A stretch of 29,751 nucleotides of DNA, from positions 1-29,751 of IMG/VR virus record IMGVR_UViG_3300037461_000469; one strand, written 5' to 3'. The DNA is from a virus (taxonomy: Duplodnaviria; Heunggongvirae; Uroviricota; Caudoviricetes). A program made the translations under genes and the position numbers. The notes below the pieces were generated by a model. The model ran no database searches. It had not been told where the DNA came from and saw only the letters and a list, made by a program, of their open reading frames with translations. Numbering within the stretch: position 1 is the first letter of the stretch; the number at the start of each line of letters is the position of its first letter. Shown here piece by piece: positions 16,845-24,838 of the stretch.

Positions 16845-17165
16845 TTAATCCCTTTTTTCTTCGAACTGCGCACAGTAGGCAATCTGTAAACCGACATAGG
16901 GCATCCCGTCTTTTGTCATCGAATCCATCATCGTCATGTATTTTTTGGTCTTTTCCCCGACCTTCCGACAGGCAGAAATGCGATGGTTTGCCACCACTCC
17001 TTCTTCAGCGGAGTGCTTGCAATTGACGCAACCTACCGCATCTTTGATTTCCCCTAGCATTTGGCGTGAGATTGCCCCATTTAAGACTATCTGGAGCCGT
17101 GCCTTGCGCCCCAGGCGGGTCAAACGTTTGTTTTTCGGCTCGTAGCCCTCAATAATGGGTATCAT
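16845..17165 (-). CDS. Hypothetical protein with CxxC..C..C
   Basis: 106 aa, SD AAGG-like. CVNCKH...AC...YC. GC-rich codon usage. Confidence 0.7.
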   Translation of the reverse strand: MIPIIEGYEPKNKRLTRLGRKARLQIVLNGAISRQMLGEIKDAVGCVNCKHSAEEGVVANHRISACRKVGEKTKKYMTMMDSMTKDGMPYVGLQIAYCAQFEEKRD

Positions 17166-17179
17166 CGATTTAAAGCCTT

Positions 17180-17623
17180 TTAAACGCTATTTTTGTCCTC
17201 AAAATACGTCCTGAGAATGGTGCTGTAGATGTGTGAATTGGGGATGTAACGGGGATTGTCGAACACGAACGTATCATCGTTGTACAGAATTTTCCCGATT
17301 GCGGCGGCTGTAGCCGAACTGCGGCTGATACCCGCATCGCATTGTACTACACAATGCTGTATATTTTCTTTTGCTTTCAAAACTAAATTTAAAATTTCTT
17401 TAGCATGATTTTTAGAAAATATAATGAGTCCTTCACCTTTATCTCTTACACCATAATCGTGTACCCATAATTCTATGTGTCCTTTACACCAAGGAGAAAA
17501 TATTATAGGCTTGTAATAAGTTTTAGGAGTTCTGTATCCTATACAAATATGATTATATGGATAAACAGCACTTACTTTTCTCCATTTTTCGAATGACATT
17601 ATGGTTATAAATATTCTATCCAT
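17180..17623 (-). CDS. Protein-tyrosine/dual-specificity phosphatase-like protein
   Basis: P-loop VVQCDAGISRSSA (CxxGxSRS), followed by the PNSHIY motif seen in small phage/bacterial PTP-like proteins. Confidence 0.8.
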   Translation of the reverse strand: MDRIFITIMSFEKWRKVSAVYPYNHICIGYRTPKTYYKPIIFSPWCKGHIELWVHDYGVRDKGEGLIIFSKNHAKEILNLVLKAKENIQHCVVQCDAGISRSSATAAAIGKILYNDDTFVFDNPRYIPNSHIYSTILRTYFEDKNSV

Positions 17624-17630
17624 TACTCAT

Positions 17631-17659
17631 ATTATACCACAGTTTGTTATACTAGTCAA
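17631..17659 (-). promoter_or_regulatory. Sigma70-type promoter (possibly leaderless transcript)
   Basis: TTGACT-17 nt-TATAAT with TGTGG extension. ATG at 17623 is 7 nt downstream of the -10. Confidence 0.75.
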
Positions 17660-17729
17660 GGAAAATACCATACTGAAGAACCCAAAATAAAAATGAAATT
17701 GGCATGGAAGAAAAGACGTTCGTTATAAT

Positions 17730-17921
17730 TTATTTGTCTTTGGTGTCAAGCCAACGGATGCATTTTCCTTTGTAAAAAAGAAATTCTTTTTCATTGTGAG
17801 ACTCCCAACATTTTTTTTTATGAGGGCAAACGACACACATTCCTTTAGGAAATTCTTTTACTCCATGTAGTTTTAACCACAAATCAGCCTTGTGTACCAA
17901 TGTTGTTTTATTCATCAGCAA
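17730..17921 (-). CDS. Small Cys-rich array-family protein
   Basis: LWLKLHG..CVVC..C..CIRWL. Confidence 0.75.
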   Translation of the reverse strand: MLMNKTTLVHKADLWLKLHGVKEFPKGMCVVCPHKKKCWESHNEKEFLFYKGKCIRWLDTKDK

Positions 17922-18108
17922 GCCACCTGATACACGTAGTTATATTTACATTTTGATATTCGTAGTTCCAACGCTTTCTCTCTTTCGTTGTTCTTTTACA
18001 AGTAGAAGCATATTTACAAATCTCATCACAAGAAATACCTTCGGGTAAAACCTTATATCCGTGCAGGGCTAGCCACAATTCAAACTTGTGCTGTAGTCTC
18101 TTGGTCAT
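17908..18108 (-). CDS. Small Cys-rich array-family protein
   Basis: KFELWLALHG..CDEIC..C..CIRWL. ATGA overlap with the upstream gene. Confidence 0.75.
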   Translation of the reverse strand: MTKRLQHKFELWLALHGYKVLPEGISCDEICKYASTCKRTTKERKRWNYEYQNVNITTCIRWLADE

Positions 18109-18413
18109 TTGAATATCCTAGGGTCAGGGTCGAGCCACTCTAGGCAAGCCTTTAAAACCCTGAAAGTAATATTTCCATCTTCATCTTCCACGTAATTCTT
18201 CACCCCAAAGTCAAGACCGTATCCGATGATTTTTATAGATTTACCTTCTTCCTCTATCTTAATGAAGGCTTTCCGAACAGATTCGGGCTTGCATACTCCA
18301 CGTAAAAGGCATTTTGTACAATCTTGTATCTTGACATCTTGCGTATATAATCCCCCGCTTAATTTCAAATACAGTTCAAACTTTTTTGCGAGTTTTTCTA
18401 TCTCCATTTTCAT
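18105..18413 (-). CDS. Small Cys-rich array-family protein
   Basis: KFELYLKLSG..CTKC..C..CLEWL. Confidence 0.75.
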   Translation of the reverse strand: MKMEIEKLAKKFELYLKLSGGLYTQDVKIQDCTKCLLRGVCKPESVRKAFIKIEEEGKSIKIIGYGLDFGVKNYVEDEDGNITFRVLKACLEWLDPDPRIFK

Positions 18414-18732
18414 TCCCTAGGAAGCCGAAACAAAACCAACACCAATCCCAATCAGAACTATGATAAGTTTTTCCACCAAGTATAAAAGTTCTCTTCCCAA
18501 TCCATTCTTTTTCTAAAAAACCACCATCACTCATTGTTAAGATTTTACCTGTCTTTACGTTATACAAAATTTGCCTGTTGTTGCCTTCGTATCTGATGTT
18601 GCAGATGCCCTCGTTTTTGGCTCTGCACTTTACACAATTGTTTTCCTTCGTGGTATCGTTGCACATTACAAGAGCATTGTTCCCGTGCAACGCACAGTAC
18701 AGTTTAATTTTGGAAATGTTACTTTTTTCCAT
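18376..18732 (-). CDS. Small Cys-rich array-family protein
   Basis: KIKLYCALHG..CVKC..C..WCWFC. Confidence 0.7.
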   Translation of the reverse strand: MEKSNISKIKLYCALHGNNALVMCNDTTKENNCVKCRAKNEGICNIRYEGNNRQILYNVKTGKILTMSDGGFLEKEWIGKRTFILGGKTYHSSDWDWCWFCFGFLGNENGDRKTRKKV

Positions 18733-18949
18733 TTGGGTCTGGCGTATAATTTTCGCAGAAGCACAGGAGTTGCATTTGCCCCCACCTATTCTTGTACTCG
18801 TAATAGGTCTGAGGAGTCATGCACTCCGTTTTGGCAGGGGATGAAAAGTGTTTGCAACTCGCACAACAAATCGGTTCACCCGATAATTTGTCGAGCAACT
18901 TGAACAGGTCTTTGTTGAATTTAACTTTCATTCCTAGCAACATTTTCAA
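18719..18949 (-). CDS. Small Cys-rich array-family protein (start uncertain; ATG at 18943 or 18931 also possible)
   Basis: LFKLLDKLSG..CCASC..C..CFCENY. Confidence 0.65.
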   Translation of the reverse strand: MKMLLGMKVKFNKDLFKLLDKLSGEPICCASCKHFSSPAKTECMTPQTYYEYKNRWGQMQLLCFCENYTPDPNGKK

Positions 18950-18967
18950 ACCCCCATTCGACCCCCG

Positions 18968-19414
18968 TTACGGTTTTGTGCAAGCCATGCCCTTGTGATA
19001 CGAGCAATTATTGCACAGTCTGTTGCACGATTGCGCACCCCGATTCCAAGGGGGATTCCACGTTCCAACCCGTTTTCCACTACTGTTGTAGGATGACACA
19101 CCTGAGAAGCCTGAGAAGCCTGAGACTCCTGAAAAGCCTGAAACTCCCGACCATCTTGAAACCCCGTGGCCTCGGAAAATATTTTTGTCATCGCTTTTAA
19201 ATTCTCGACAACTTGGTACTCCGTTGATTCTTGGAAAATTAATATCTTTCTTATACTTTTTGAGACAGTCGCTAGTCTTGGCGCAGTAGCCGCAATTTGG
19301 TGCGTACCCGTGGAGTTTCGTGTAAAGCCTAGACCAATTCTCTAGCCTAGTCTTATCTACTTTCCTTTGCTTCTTGCGTTCGATATATCTTTCAACCCAC
19401 TTGTCAATTATCAT
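18968..19414 (-). CDS. Cys-rich array-family protein fused to a Gly-Phe/Val-Ser repeat and a second Cys cluster
   Basis: Start moved to MIIDK (ATG 19414, 2 nt after the upstream TAG, GGAGAGGTAGGA upstream). RLYTKLHG..CGYC..C..CREF, then SGVSGFSGVSGFSGFSGVS, then CNRLCNNC..C. Confidence 0.7.
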   Translation of the reverse strand: MIIDKWVERYIERKKQRKVDKTRLENWSRLYTKLHGYAPNCGYCAKTSDCLKKYKKDINFPRINGVPSCREFKSDDKNIFRGHGVSRWSGVSGFSGVSGFSGFSGVSSYNSSGKRVGTWNPPWNRGAQSCNRLCNNCSYHKGMACTKP

Positions 19415-19416
19415 TC

Positions 19417-19698
19417 CTACCTCTCCGGGATGCAATCATCACAGCCTTCAAAATTATAAAACCCACAATATACGTCATACGTTTTCATCGGCTGTTTCAA
19501 TGTAAAAGTGTTTGGTAAGAGAATGTTATTCCCTTTCTCGTTTCCTTCATAATCGCAAAAAAACCGCACCGACTTTACTGCCCTACACTTTCTTCCGCAA
19601 TTCCCACACCAAGGTACTTTATTTCCATCTGTAATGTGATGTAGAATACAATACAAGCGGATTTTATCTAGGTTGATGCTCACTTTATCAAATACCAT
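19417..19698 (-). CDS. Small Cys-rich array-family protein
   Basis: KIRLYCILH..CGNC..C..FEGC. Close paralog of 19748..20020. Confidence 0.72.
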   Translation of the reverse strand: MVFDKVSINLDKIRLYCILHHITDGNKVPWCGNCGRKCRAVKSVRFFCDYEGNEKGNNILLPNTFTLKQPMKTYDVYCGFYNFEGCDDCIPER

Positions 19699-19747
19699 CC
19701 TAGGAGTATCAAAATCAGGTGTCCTAACAGGATAAAATCAAAAGCGT

Positions 19748-20020
19748 TCATTTATTTTTTCTCCAATTACTACACCCATCAAAAACGAAACGATTGGTTA
19801 TTTTACTAATATCTTCTTTACTATCTAATTTAAATGTGTGTTTTAAAATTTTACTAGAATCATCATGTATACAATGAAAATTAACTACTTTATATGGACA
19901 AGTCCCATTTTTCCAATCTCTACAATTTCCACAACGAGGAACATCCTTCCAATCTTCTACATTGTGTATTACACAATATAAAATGATTTTCTTCAGATTA
20001 AACGTTTTTGGCTTTTTCAT
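19748..20020 (-). CDS. Small Cys-rich array-family protein
   Basis: KIILYCVIH..CGNC..C..FDGCSNW. Confidence 0.72.
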   Translation of the reverse strand: MKKPKTFNLKKIILYCVIHNVEDWKDVPRCGNCRDWKNGTCPYKVVNFHCIHDDSSKILKHTFKLDSKEDISKITNRFVFDGCSNWRKNK

Positions 20021-20408
20021 AATATTTGCAACAACGGCCTAGGATGTAAAACGTCTTTTTGTCGCCCTTGACGAACATCAGGTCTTCCTTGTCGTTTATG
20101 CTGTGGCCTTTCTTACAAGTGTAGCCCCGCCACGTTTCATCCCGATGCTCACAGTTCGCACACGACAGTTTCAGATGGTGCATCTTGGCGATGAACCGCA
20201 AACGGTTGGCGATTGCCGCATCGGTAGGGGTCAGGCCAACGATGGTCTGAGCAACACCCTGAATGTGCTTGCAAATCTGTTTGCGAAAAATCCATTGAGG
20301 ACAGGAACAGCCGAATGAATTGTCCTCAGCCTGTGAAACTGTATAAAACTTGGTGCTATCGCTTTCCGATTGCACCGTCCATTTATTCCCCCACTTACCT
20401 TGACTCAT
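19998..20408 (-). CDS. SWIM zinc-finger protein fused to an array-family Cys domain
   Basis: VQSESD..KFYTV..GCSCPQWIFRKQICKHI (CxC-x9-CxH). C-terminal half RLRFIAKMH..CANC..C..CCKYY. Confidence 0.8.
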   Translation of the reverse strand: MSQGKWGNKWTVQSESDSTKFYTVSQAEDNSFGCSCPQWIFRKQICKHIQGVAQTIVGLTPTDAAIANRLRFIAKMHHLKLSCANCEHRDETWRGYTCKKGHSINDKEDLMFVKGDKKTFYILGRCCKYYEKAKNV

Positions 20409-20635
20409 TTTAACCCCTTGTTTGCGTTTTCGATAATCGAAAACATCCTAGCCGTTGCACAAGAAAAGTTGTTCTCCATGGCTTCGGGAGTATGCCGCTT
20501 GCAACGCCAATCCTTCGGCATGGTAACGTCAGCCTTATCGCAAAAGACGCATTGATGCCGAAACGGGCATTGAACCCCCTTCGGGATTCGACCCCCCACT
20601 AGGCCATTCATGTTCGTAAAATCAGGTCTGTCCAT
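20405..20635 (-). CDS. Cys-rich hypothetical phage protein
   Basis: SD GAGGT. GGRIPKG..CPF..C..C..C..FSCATAR. Confidence 0.7.
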   Translation of the reverse strand: MDRPDFTNMNGLVGGRIPKGVQCPFRHQCVFCDKADVTMPKDWRCKRHTPEAMENNFSCATARMFSIIENANKGLK

Positions 20636-20652
20636 TTTTACCTCTATACCCT

Positions 20653-20681
20653 ATTATACCACGAAAAAGAGCATTTATCAA
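20653..20681 (-). promoter_or_regulatory. Sigma70-type promoter
   Basis: TTGATA-17 nt-TATAAT with CGTGG extension, upstream of the SD and ATG at 20635. Confidence 0.7.
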
Positions 20682-20697
20682 GGCATATTGTTAGATT

Positions 20698-20925
20698 CTA
20701 ACGATTATCTTCCTTGGGTTCAATAATTTTCAAACTGTGCAAGACTTCCCATAATTCTATCCTTTTGGCATAAATAGGGAAGTGTTTTTTAAGAATACCT
20801 CTTACAATCTCTCGATGATAAGTATATCCTGTCTCATCGGGCAAATGGTAAGTATTCAAGTATTTAAAAATGCTGTACTTCCTAATGAATTCGATTGTCG
20901 AAGCCCGACTACGCAGTTCTTTCAT
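20698..20925 (-). CDS. Hypothetical protein
   Basis: 75 aa. Starts 2 nt after the rSAM stop. Carries KRIELWEVLH near its C-terminus. Confidence 0.6.
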   Translation of the reverse strand: MKELRSRASTIEFIRKYSIFKYLNTYHLPDETGYTYHREIVRGILKKHFPIYAKRIELWEVLHSLKIIEPKEDNR

Positions 20926-20927
20926 TT

Positions 20928-21428
20928 TTACAACAACTCAGGTAGTTCGAACAGCGTCTCCCCTCCGGGAACAATGCACTCTTCAACGGGCGTCCACTCA
21001 ATCGTCTTGGCCTTGAACACCCCAAGCGTCAGGATTTCCTTCCCTTCTCCCGCCTCACGAAACACGTTCAGCCTCAGCGACTTGCCGCTTGCTAGCAACT
21101 GAGCATAATTTTTTGCGGCGAAGTAGTTGAACTCGTCCACGGCTTCGGGGTCGTGCAGGGTCAAGCAGATGCCGTCCACGTAAGGCAGAATATCCATGAA
21201 CCCGTCCATGATGGCGGTGTAGAGGATAATCATACCCTTGCTTTCTTTCCTGATGTCCTTGATAATTTCCTTGACCTCATCGACAAAGAGCAACGGCTCA
21301 CCACCTGTCAGGATGATTTGCTCGTAGTTCCAATGGTCGATAGGCGGGGCAGGGGTGAATTTCTTGTTGGAACAAAGTTCACAATTTCTAGGGCATTTAT
21401 ACGTAACAATAACTCTTGCTTTTCCCAT
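20928..21428 (-). CDS. Short radical SAM protein (activase/QueE-like partial barrel)
   Basis: CPRNCELC (CxxxCxxC), IILTGGEPLL, ILYTA, VDGICLTLH. Only 166 aa. Confidence 0.8.
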   Translation of the reverse strand: MGKARVIVTYKCPRNCELCSNKKFTPAPPIDHWNYEQIILTGGEPLLFVDEVKEIIKDIRKESKGMIILYTAIMDGFMDILPYVDGICLTLHDPEAVDEFNYFAAKNYAQLLASGKSLRLNVFREAGEGKEILTLGVFKAKTIEWTPVEECIVPGGETLFELPELL

Positions 21429-21433
21429 ACTTA

Positions 21434-21462
21434 ATTATACCACAATTCGTTGCCCTTGTCAA
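21434..21462 (-). promoter_or_regulatory. Sigma70 consensus promoter (possibly leaderless transcript)
   Basis: TTGACA-17 nt-TATAAT with TGTGG extension. ATG is 5 nt downstream of the -10 and there is no SD. Confidence 0.8.
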
Positions 21463-21464
21463 CC

Positions 21465-21653
21465 CTAAACATATTTAACCCATTCTATACAGTTCTTATT
21501 TTTATCCCTTGGTACATCATCAGAGCATAATTCATTTTTATAAAGACAAAGCCAACAAAAATGTCCTTGGCTTTTATCGTGGTGCAATATTCTCCACAGT
21601 CGAACTTTACTTCTTAATTTCATCAATTCTCTTTTATTCACAGACTTAGACAT
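21465..21653 (-). CDS. Cys-rich array protein (last of 14 in transcription order)
   Basis: KVRLWRILH..CWLC..C..CIEWVKYV. Confidence 0.8.
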   Translation of the reverse strand: MSKSVNKRELMKLRSKVRLWRILHHDKSQGHFCWLCLYKNELCSDDVPRDKNKNCIEWVKYV

Positions 21654-21915
21654 ATTTAATCCACTCTGTGCAAAAATGATACCCTGCTAATTGACTTGAC
21701 CCCCACCACTCCGAAGGTAAAAACCTCATTTTTCCTTCGTCATTCCTCATTAATACTTGTTTAGGACAAATTTGTAAATGCTCAACCAAATTTATTATAC
21801 CCCTGCTTTCCCTACAATGTAGACACACGTTTTCGCCTTCGAGAATTTCACCGCTATGTAAAAGCATATATAATTTATATTTGTTCTCCCACTTTTTCAG
21901 TTCTTGCTCAGACAT
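21646..21915 (-). CDS. Cys-rich array protein
   Basis: KYKLYMLLH..CLHC..CP..CTEWIKYV. 8-nt overlap. Confidence 0.82.
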   Translation of the reverse strand: MSEQELKKWENKYKLYMLLHSGEILEGENVCLHCRESRGIINLVEHLQICPKQVLMRNDEGKMRFLPSEWWGSSQLAGYHFCTEWIKYV

Positions 21916-22141
21916 ATTTTATCCACTCAATACAGATATCGCCTTCTTTCAACAACTCGGTAACTGAATCGACTTCAATCAGGTACTTTTGGTGTCTCCT
22001 GTCTATCAAGACTTTTCTGGGACAGTCCACAGCGAGTTTATAATGCTTGCAGTACGAGCAACGCTCAAAGGACTGACGTGGATGCAGTTTATGCCACAAC
22101 AAATACTTGTTGTGCCATTTTCTCAGTTCTTCCTTAGACAT
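21908..22141 (-). CDS. Cys-rich array protein
   Basis: KYLLWHKLHP..CSYC..CP..CIEWIKYV. Confidence 0.82.
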   Translation of the reverse strand: MSKEELRKWHNKYLLWHKLHPRQSFERCSYCKHYKLAVDCPRKVLIDRRHQKYLIEVDSVTELLKEGDICIEWIKYV

Positions 22142-22391
22142 CCTTCACCCACTCCACGCAACAACACTTTTTAATCCCCCAAGGGTCTCCAAAGAAAATT
22201 TCCGTTAATTCTATATCCACTAGCAACAAATATTTTTTCTTACAACCGATATAATAGAACCCTCTACCGTTGCTCTTGACGTGTCTGCAACCAATACAGC
22301 AGTCAAAATTTCCTTCTTTCCACGCTTCCCAATAGTCAGGGTGTAGTTTAAAATAAAGTCTGAGTTTGTTTAAAATGGAATCGCTAAACAT
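22134..22391 (-). CDS. Cys-rich array protein
   Basis: KLRLYFKLHP..CIGC..C..CVEWVKDV. Confidence 0.82.
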   Translation of the reverse strand: MFSDSILNKLRLYFKLHPDYWEAWKEGNFDCCIGCRHVKSNGRGFYYIGCKKKYLLLVDIELTEIFFGDPWGIKKCCCVEWVKDV

Positions 22392-22680
22392 ATTTCACCC
22401 ATTCTTGACAAGGCCATCTACCCGTCATTATCTCCATCACACCCATAGTTTTGTTGTAGTGCATAACATAAATCGGGCATTTGTCCTCAGCGGTTATACC
22501 TACACCCCTGCCCCTCATGCAGATGATACACTTGGCAACAGGGTCAGTTTCGTTCGGATGTAATCTCATCCAAAGTTCGTACTTTTTTGCCCATTTCCTG
22601 AGTTCGGCTTCAGATAATTCAAATCCCATCTTCTTGATAGTGAAGGAATTGTTGCTAGCACTACTTGTTTGTTGTATCAT
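22384..22680 (-). CDS. Cys-rich array protein
   Basis: Start moved to ATG 22680 (ATGA overlap with the upstream stop). KYELWMRLHP..CIIC..CP..CQEWVKYV. Confidence 0.78.
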   Translation of the reverse strand: MIQQTSSASNNSFTIKKMGFELSEAELRKWAKKYELWMRLHPNETDPVAKCIICMRGRGVGITAEDKCPIYVMHYNKTMGVMEIMTGRWPCQEWVKYV

Positions 22681-22904
22681 TTGCCTACGTAATTCTTCTT
22701 CAACAGGAAGGCAATACAACACAGATGTTCCCCCTTTCTATCCCTGTAAGCCCCTCTCCATCCCTGCTGTTTTACACACTTATCCAAATCATTTTGCAAA
22801 AGGCAATACTCACAGTACTCATAATTTGCTTTACCCATAAGGGGGTGTGTAGCCTTCCAAAAATCGTACTTGTTCCAAAGGCGTTCCTTCTGCTTCCTGT
22901 TCAT
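22677..22904 (-). CDS. Cys-rich array protein (CxAFL subtype)
   Basis: KYDFWKATHP..CEYC..C..CIAFLLKKNYV. Confidence 0.78.
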   Translation of the reverse strand: MNRKQKERLWNKYDFWKATHPLMGKANYEYCEYCLLQNDLDKCVKQQGWRGAYRDRKGEHLCCIAFLLKKNYVGK

Positions 22905-23197
22905 TTTACGTAATTCCCTTTCCGAAGGAACGCTAGACAGTAATATCCCTGCTCCAATAAATCATCGTAGTATTGGTTTGCTTGCTTACAGGATGCTACA
23001 TTTTTAAGTCCAAAAATACAATGTGCACAGTTTATTCCCTTGCCCCCTGTTAGTTTCTGCCACAGCCTGTACTTACCCTTCAATCGTTCTATTTCCGCAG
23101 GGTCAGGTGGATGGAGTTCTTCGAAACGTAGTTTGTTCTTTATCTTTATCTTTATCTTTAAATGACTCATTATTTCTACCGCAGTAAAATTATGCAT
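22901..23197 (-). CDS. Cys-rich array protein (CxAFL subtype)
   Basis: KYRLWQKL..CAHC..C..CLAFLRKGNYV. In-frame 6-bp microsatellite (CTTTAT x about 3.8 at 23138-23160) encodes KIKIKIK. Confidence 0.78.
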   Translation of the reverse strand: MHNFTAVEIMSHLKIKIKIKNKLRFEELHPPDPAEIERLKGKYRLWQKLTGGKGINCAHCIFGLKNVASCKQANQYYDDLLEQGYYCLAFLRKGNYVK

Positions 23198-23453
23198 TTT
23201 TAATCCACTCTACGCAGTACACATCGTCCATTCCCTCTTCGTAAGGGAATAACTTTACAAAGTCTCCCGTTACTAACCTATTGCTAGGACAATGCAGGAC
23301 ACCGACATAATGACCTTCGACAACGGGGGTGTGTATACAACTTGAACACCTGCTCTGAAAGTTGAACATATTGTGGTCTTGCATAAATTCAGGGTGTAGT
23401 TGTACAAACAACCTGAACTTGTTCTCCCACTTCTTCACTTCTTTCTCAGACAT
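23190..23453 (-). CDS. Cys-rich array protein
   Basis: KFRLFVQLHP..CSSC..CP..CVEWIKNA. Confidence 0.82.
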   Translation of the reverse strand: MSEKEVKKWENKFRLFVQLHPEFMQDHNMFNFQSRCSSCIHTPVVEGHYVGVLHCPSNRLVTGDFVKLFPYEEGMDDVYCVEWIKNA

Positions 23454-23700
23454 TCTTAATCCACTCTATGCAGATATCGTTGTGTTTGAGTTTGCCGAAC
23501 ATAAATTTCTTTTTGTCGCACTCAAAGTCCCATCCGTTGCGGATAAGCAACGTCCTCTCAGGACAGCTGCTGCCCACTTTATGTTTACCTGAGTGCGGAC
23601 AGAACCCGCACGTATTGGTCTTGCCAAATATCGTATCGGGATGGAGTTTCAACCACAAAACAAACTTGCCTGACCACCTTATCAATTGCTTCCTATGCAT
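23446..23700 (-). CDS. Cys-rich array protein
   Basis: Start moved to the junction ATG at 23700 (MHRK). KFVLWLKLHP..CGFC..CP..CIEWIKNV. Confidence 0.8.
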   Translation of the reverse strand: MHRKQLIRWSGKFVLWLKLHPDTIFGKTNTCGFCPHSGKHKVGSSCPERTLLIRNGWDFECDKKKFMFGKLKHNDICIEWIKNV

Positions 23701-24025
23701 TTTTAATCCACTCCGCACAGATGAAATGATAGGGATAAGGGGATTCGTTGCGAAATTCGATTGTCTTCAAATCGGAACTCGCCATCAACTTTCCCCTGAA
23801 CTCTTTTTCCCGCTTGCAATCCCGTACATATTCGAAATTACGATATCCGTTTGCATCCAACACTAGAGTCCCCAATTTCCTTACCTTGTTAGTTGCTTGG
23901 TAGTAGCGGCAGTTCTCGCAGAGTTCTTCCTCTCGGTGATGTTGGAACCAAGCCATCACCCCGCCTCGCAGGGCAAACCACAACCTAATCTTCCCTAGCC
24001 AATACTCGTTGTTCATCTTAGGCAT
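23693..24025 (-). CDS. Cys-rich array protein
   Basis: KIRLWFALRG..CENC..C..CAEWIKNA. Confidence 0.82.
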   Translation of the reverse strand: MPKMNNEYWLGKIRLWFALRGGVMAWFQHHREEELCENCRYYQATNKVRKLGTLVLDANGYRNFEYVRDCKREKEFRGKLMASSDLKTIEFRNESPYPYHFICAEWIKNA

Positions 24026-24326
24026 TTCGTATCCACTCCACGCAGTCGTAATGCATCCCCTCGTTGCAAAACGAAATCTTTCCGTTCCGCAAATCCAACT
24101 TTAAAAACGGCCTAGGACAATCGTGGCCGCTTACCACAATCCTTCTGTAATGAGGACAGGCGATGCCACACCTACCAGGAAATGGCTCCTTCGGATTCAA
24201 CCTACACCACAAATCGAACTTGCCCTGTAGACGTTTTAATTCCAAGGCCTCTCGTTGTAATCTAGATTGCTCTTTTCGCAAACGCCTACGCTCTTCCCTC
24301 TTCAAAGACCGCATAAACTTACGCAT
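24018..24326 (-). CDS. Cys-rich array protein with basic coiled N-terminus
   Basis: KFDLWCRLNP..CGIAC..CP..CVEWIRNA. Confidence 0.82.
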   Translation of the reverse strand: MRKFMRSLKREERRRLRKEQSRLQREALELKRLQGKFDLWCRLNPKEPFPGRCGIACPHYRRIVVSGHDCPRPFLKLDLRNGKISFCNEGMHYDCVEWIRNA

Positions 24327-24606
24327 ACCTAATCCACTCTATGCAGAAACAACCCTTCCACTTATCCGTAGCCAAATCTTCCATCGAAGCAACAAACACC
24401 ATTCTTTTATTCGGATTAAAGCACAACAGACCAAGTTTCGATATGCAAGGCCATTTCATCACATTCGTGCTTTTACCTTCGTTATGTTTACAAATTTTAG
24501 TGCAAGAATTCACAGGCCAATCCAACCCATGATTAAGAACCAACCACAATTTATATTTCCTATCCCAATACCCGACATCATGCTCGTTAGACATCCCGTT
24601 AAACAT
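24319..24606 (-). CDS. Cys-rich array protein
   Basis: KYKLWLVLNHG..CTKIC..C..CIEWIRYA. Confidence 0.82.
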   Translation of the reverse strand: MFNGMSNEHDVGYWDRKYKLWLVLNHGLDWPVNSCTKICKHNEGKSTNVMKWPCISKLGLLCFNPNKRMVFVASMEDLATDKWKGCFCIEWIRYA

Positions 24607-24838
24607 GGCGCACCCACTCTATGCATCGGTTGCCGCCAACAGTCATCGCTCCCCGCATCAACACCGTCTTGCCCGTAATAGAATTGTAAACAGGCCTGAG
24701 TTGGGTCTGACACCATTCGCTCTCGTGCAGATGGGGACACACAGCACACAGCCCTACAACAGTTCCGTGCAGAGACATCCACACCTTCGCCTTGTTCGCT
24801 AGTTTATTCAATTCCCGTTCAGAAAAAGGCTCATACAT
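24599..24838 (-). CDS. Cys-rich array protein
   Basis: KAKVWMSLHG..CAVC..C..CIEWVRHV. Confidence 0.82.
   Translation of the reverse strand: MYEPFSERELNKLANKAKVWMSLHGTVVGLCAVCPHLHESEWCQTQLRPVYNSITGKTVLMRGAMTVGGNRCIEWVRHV

Noticed and set aside
18946-19191. 81-aa - strand ORF (QAFQESQASQASQV) as the real gene
   Set aside because: It is the shifted-frame reading of the SGFSG repeat. The overlapping frame gives the family domain and the same repeat codons as the structural genes. It is not fully excluded without proteomics.
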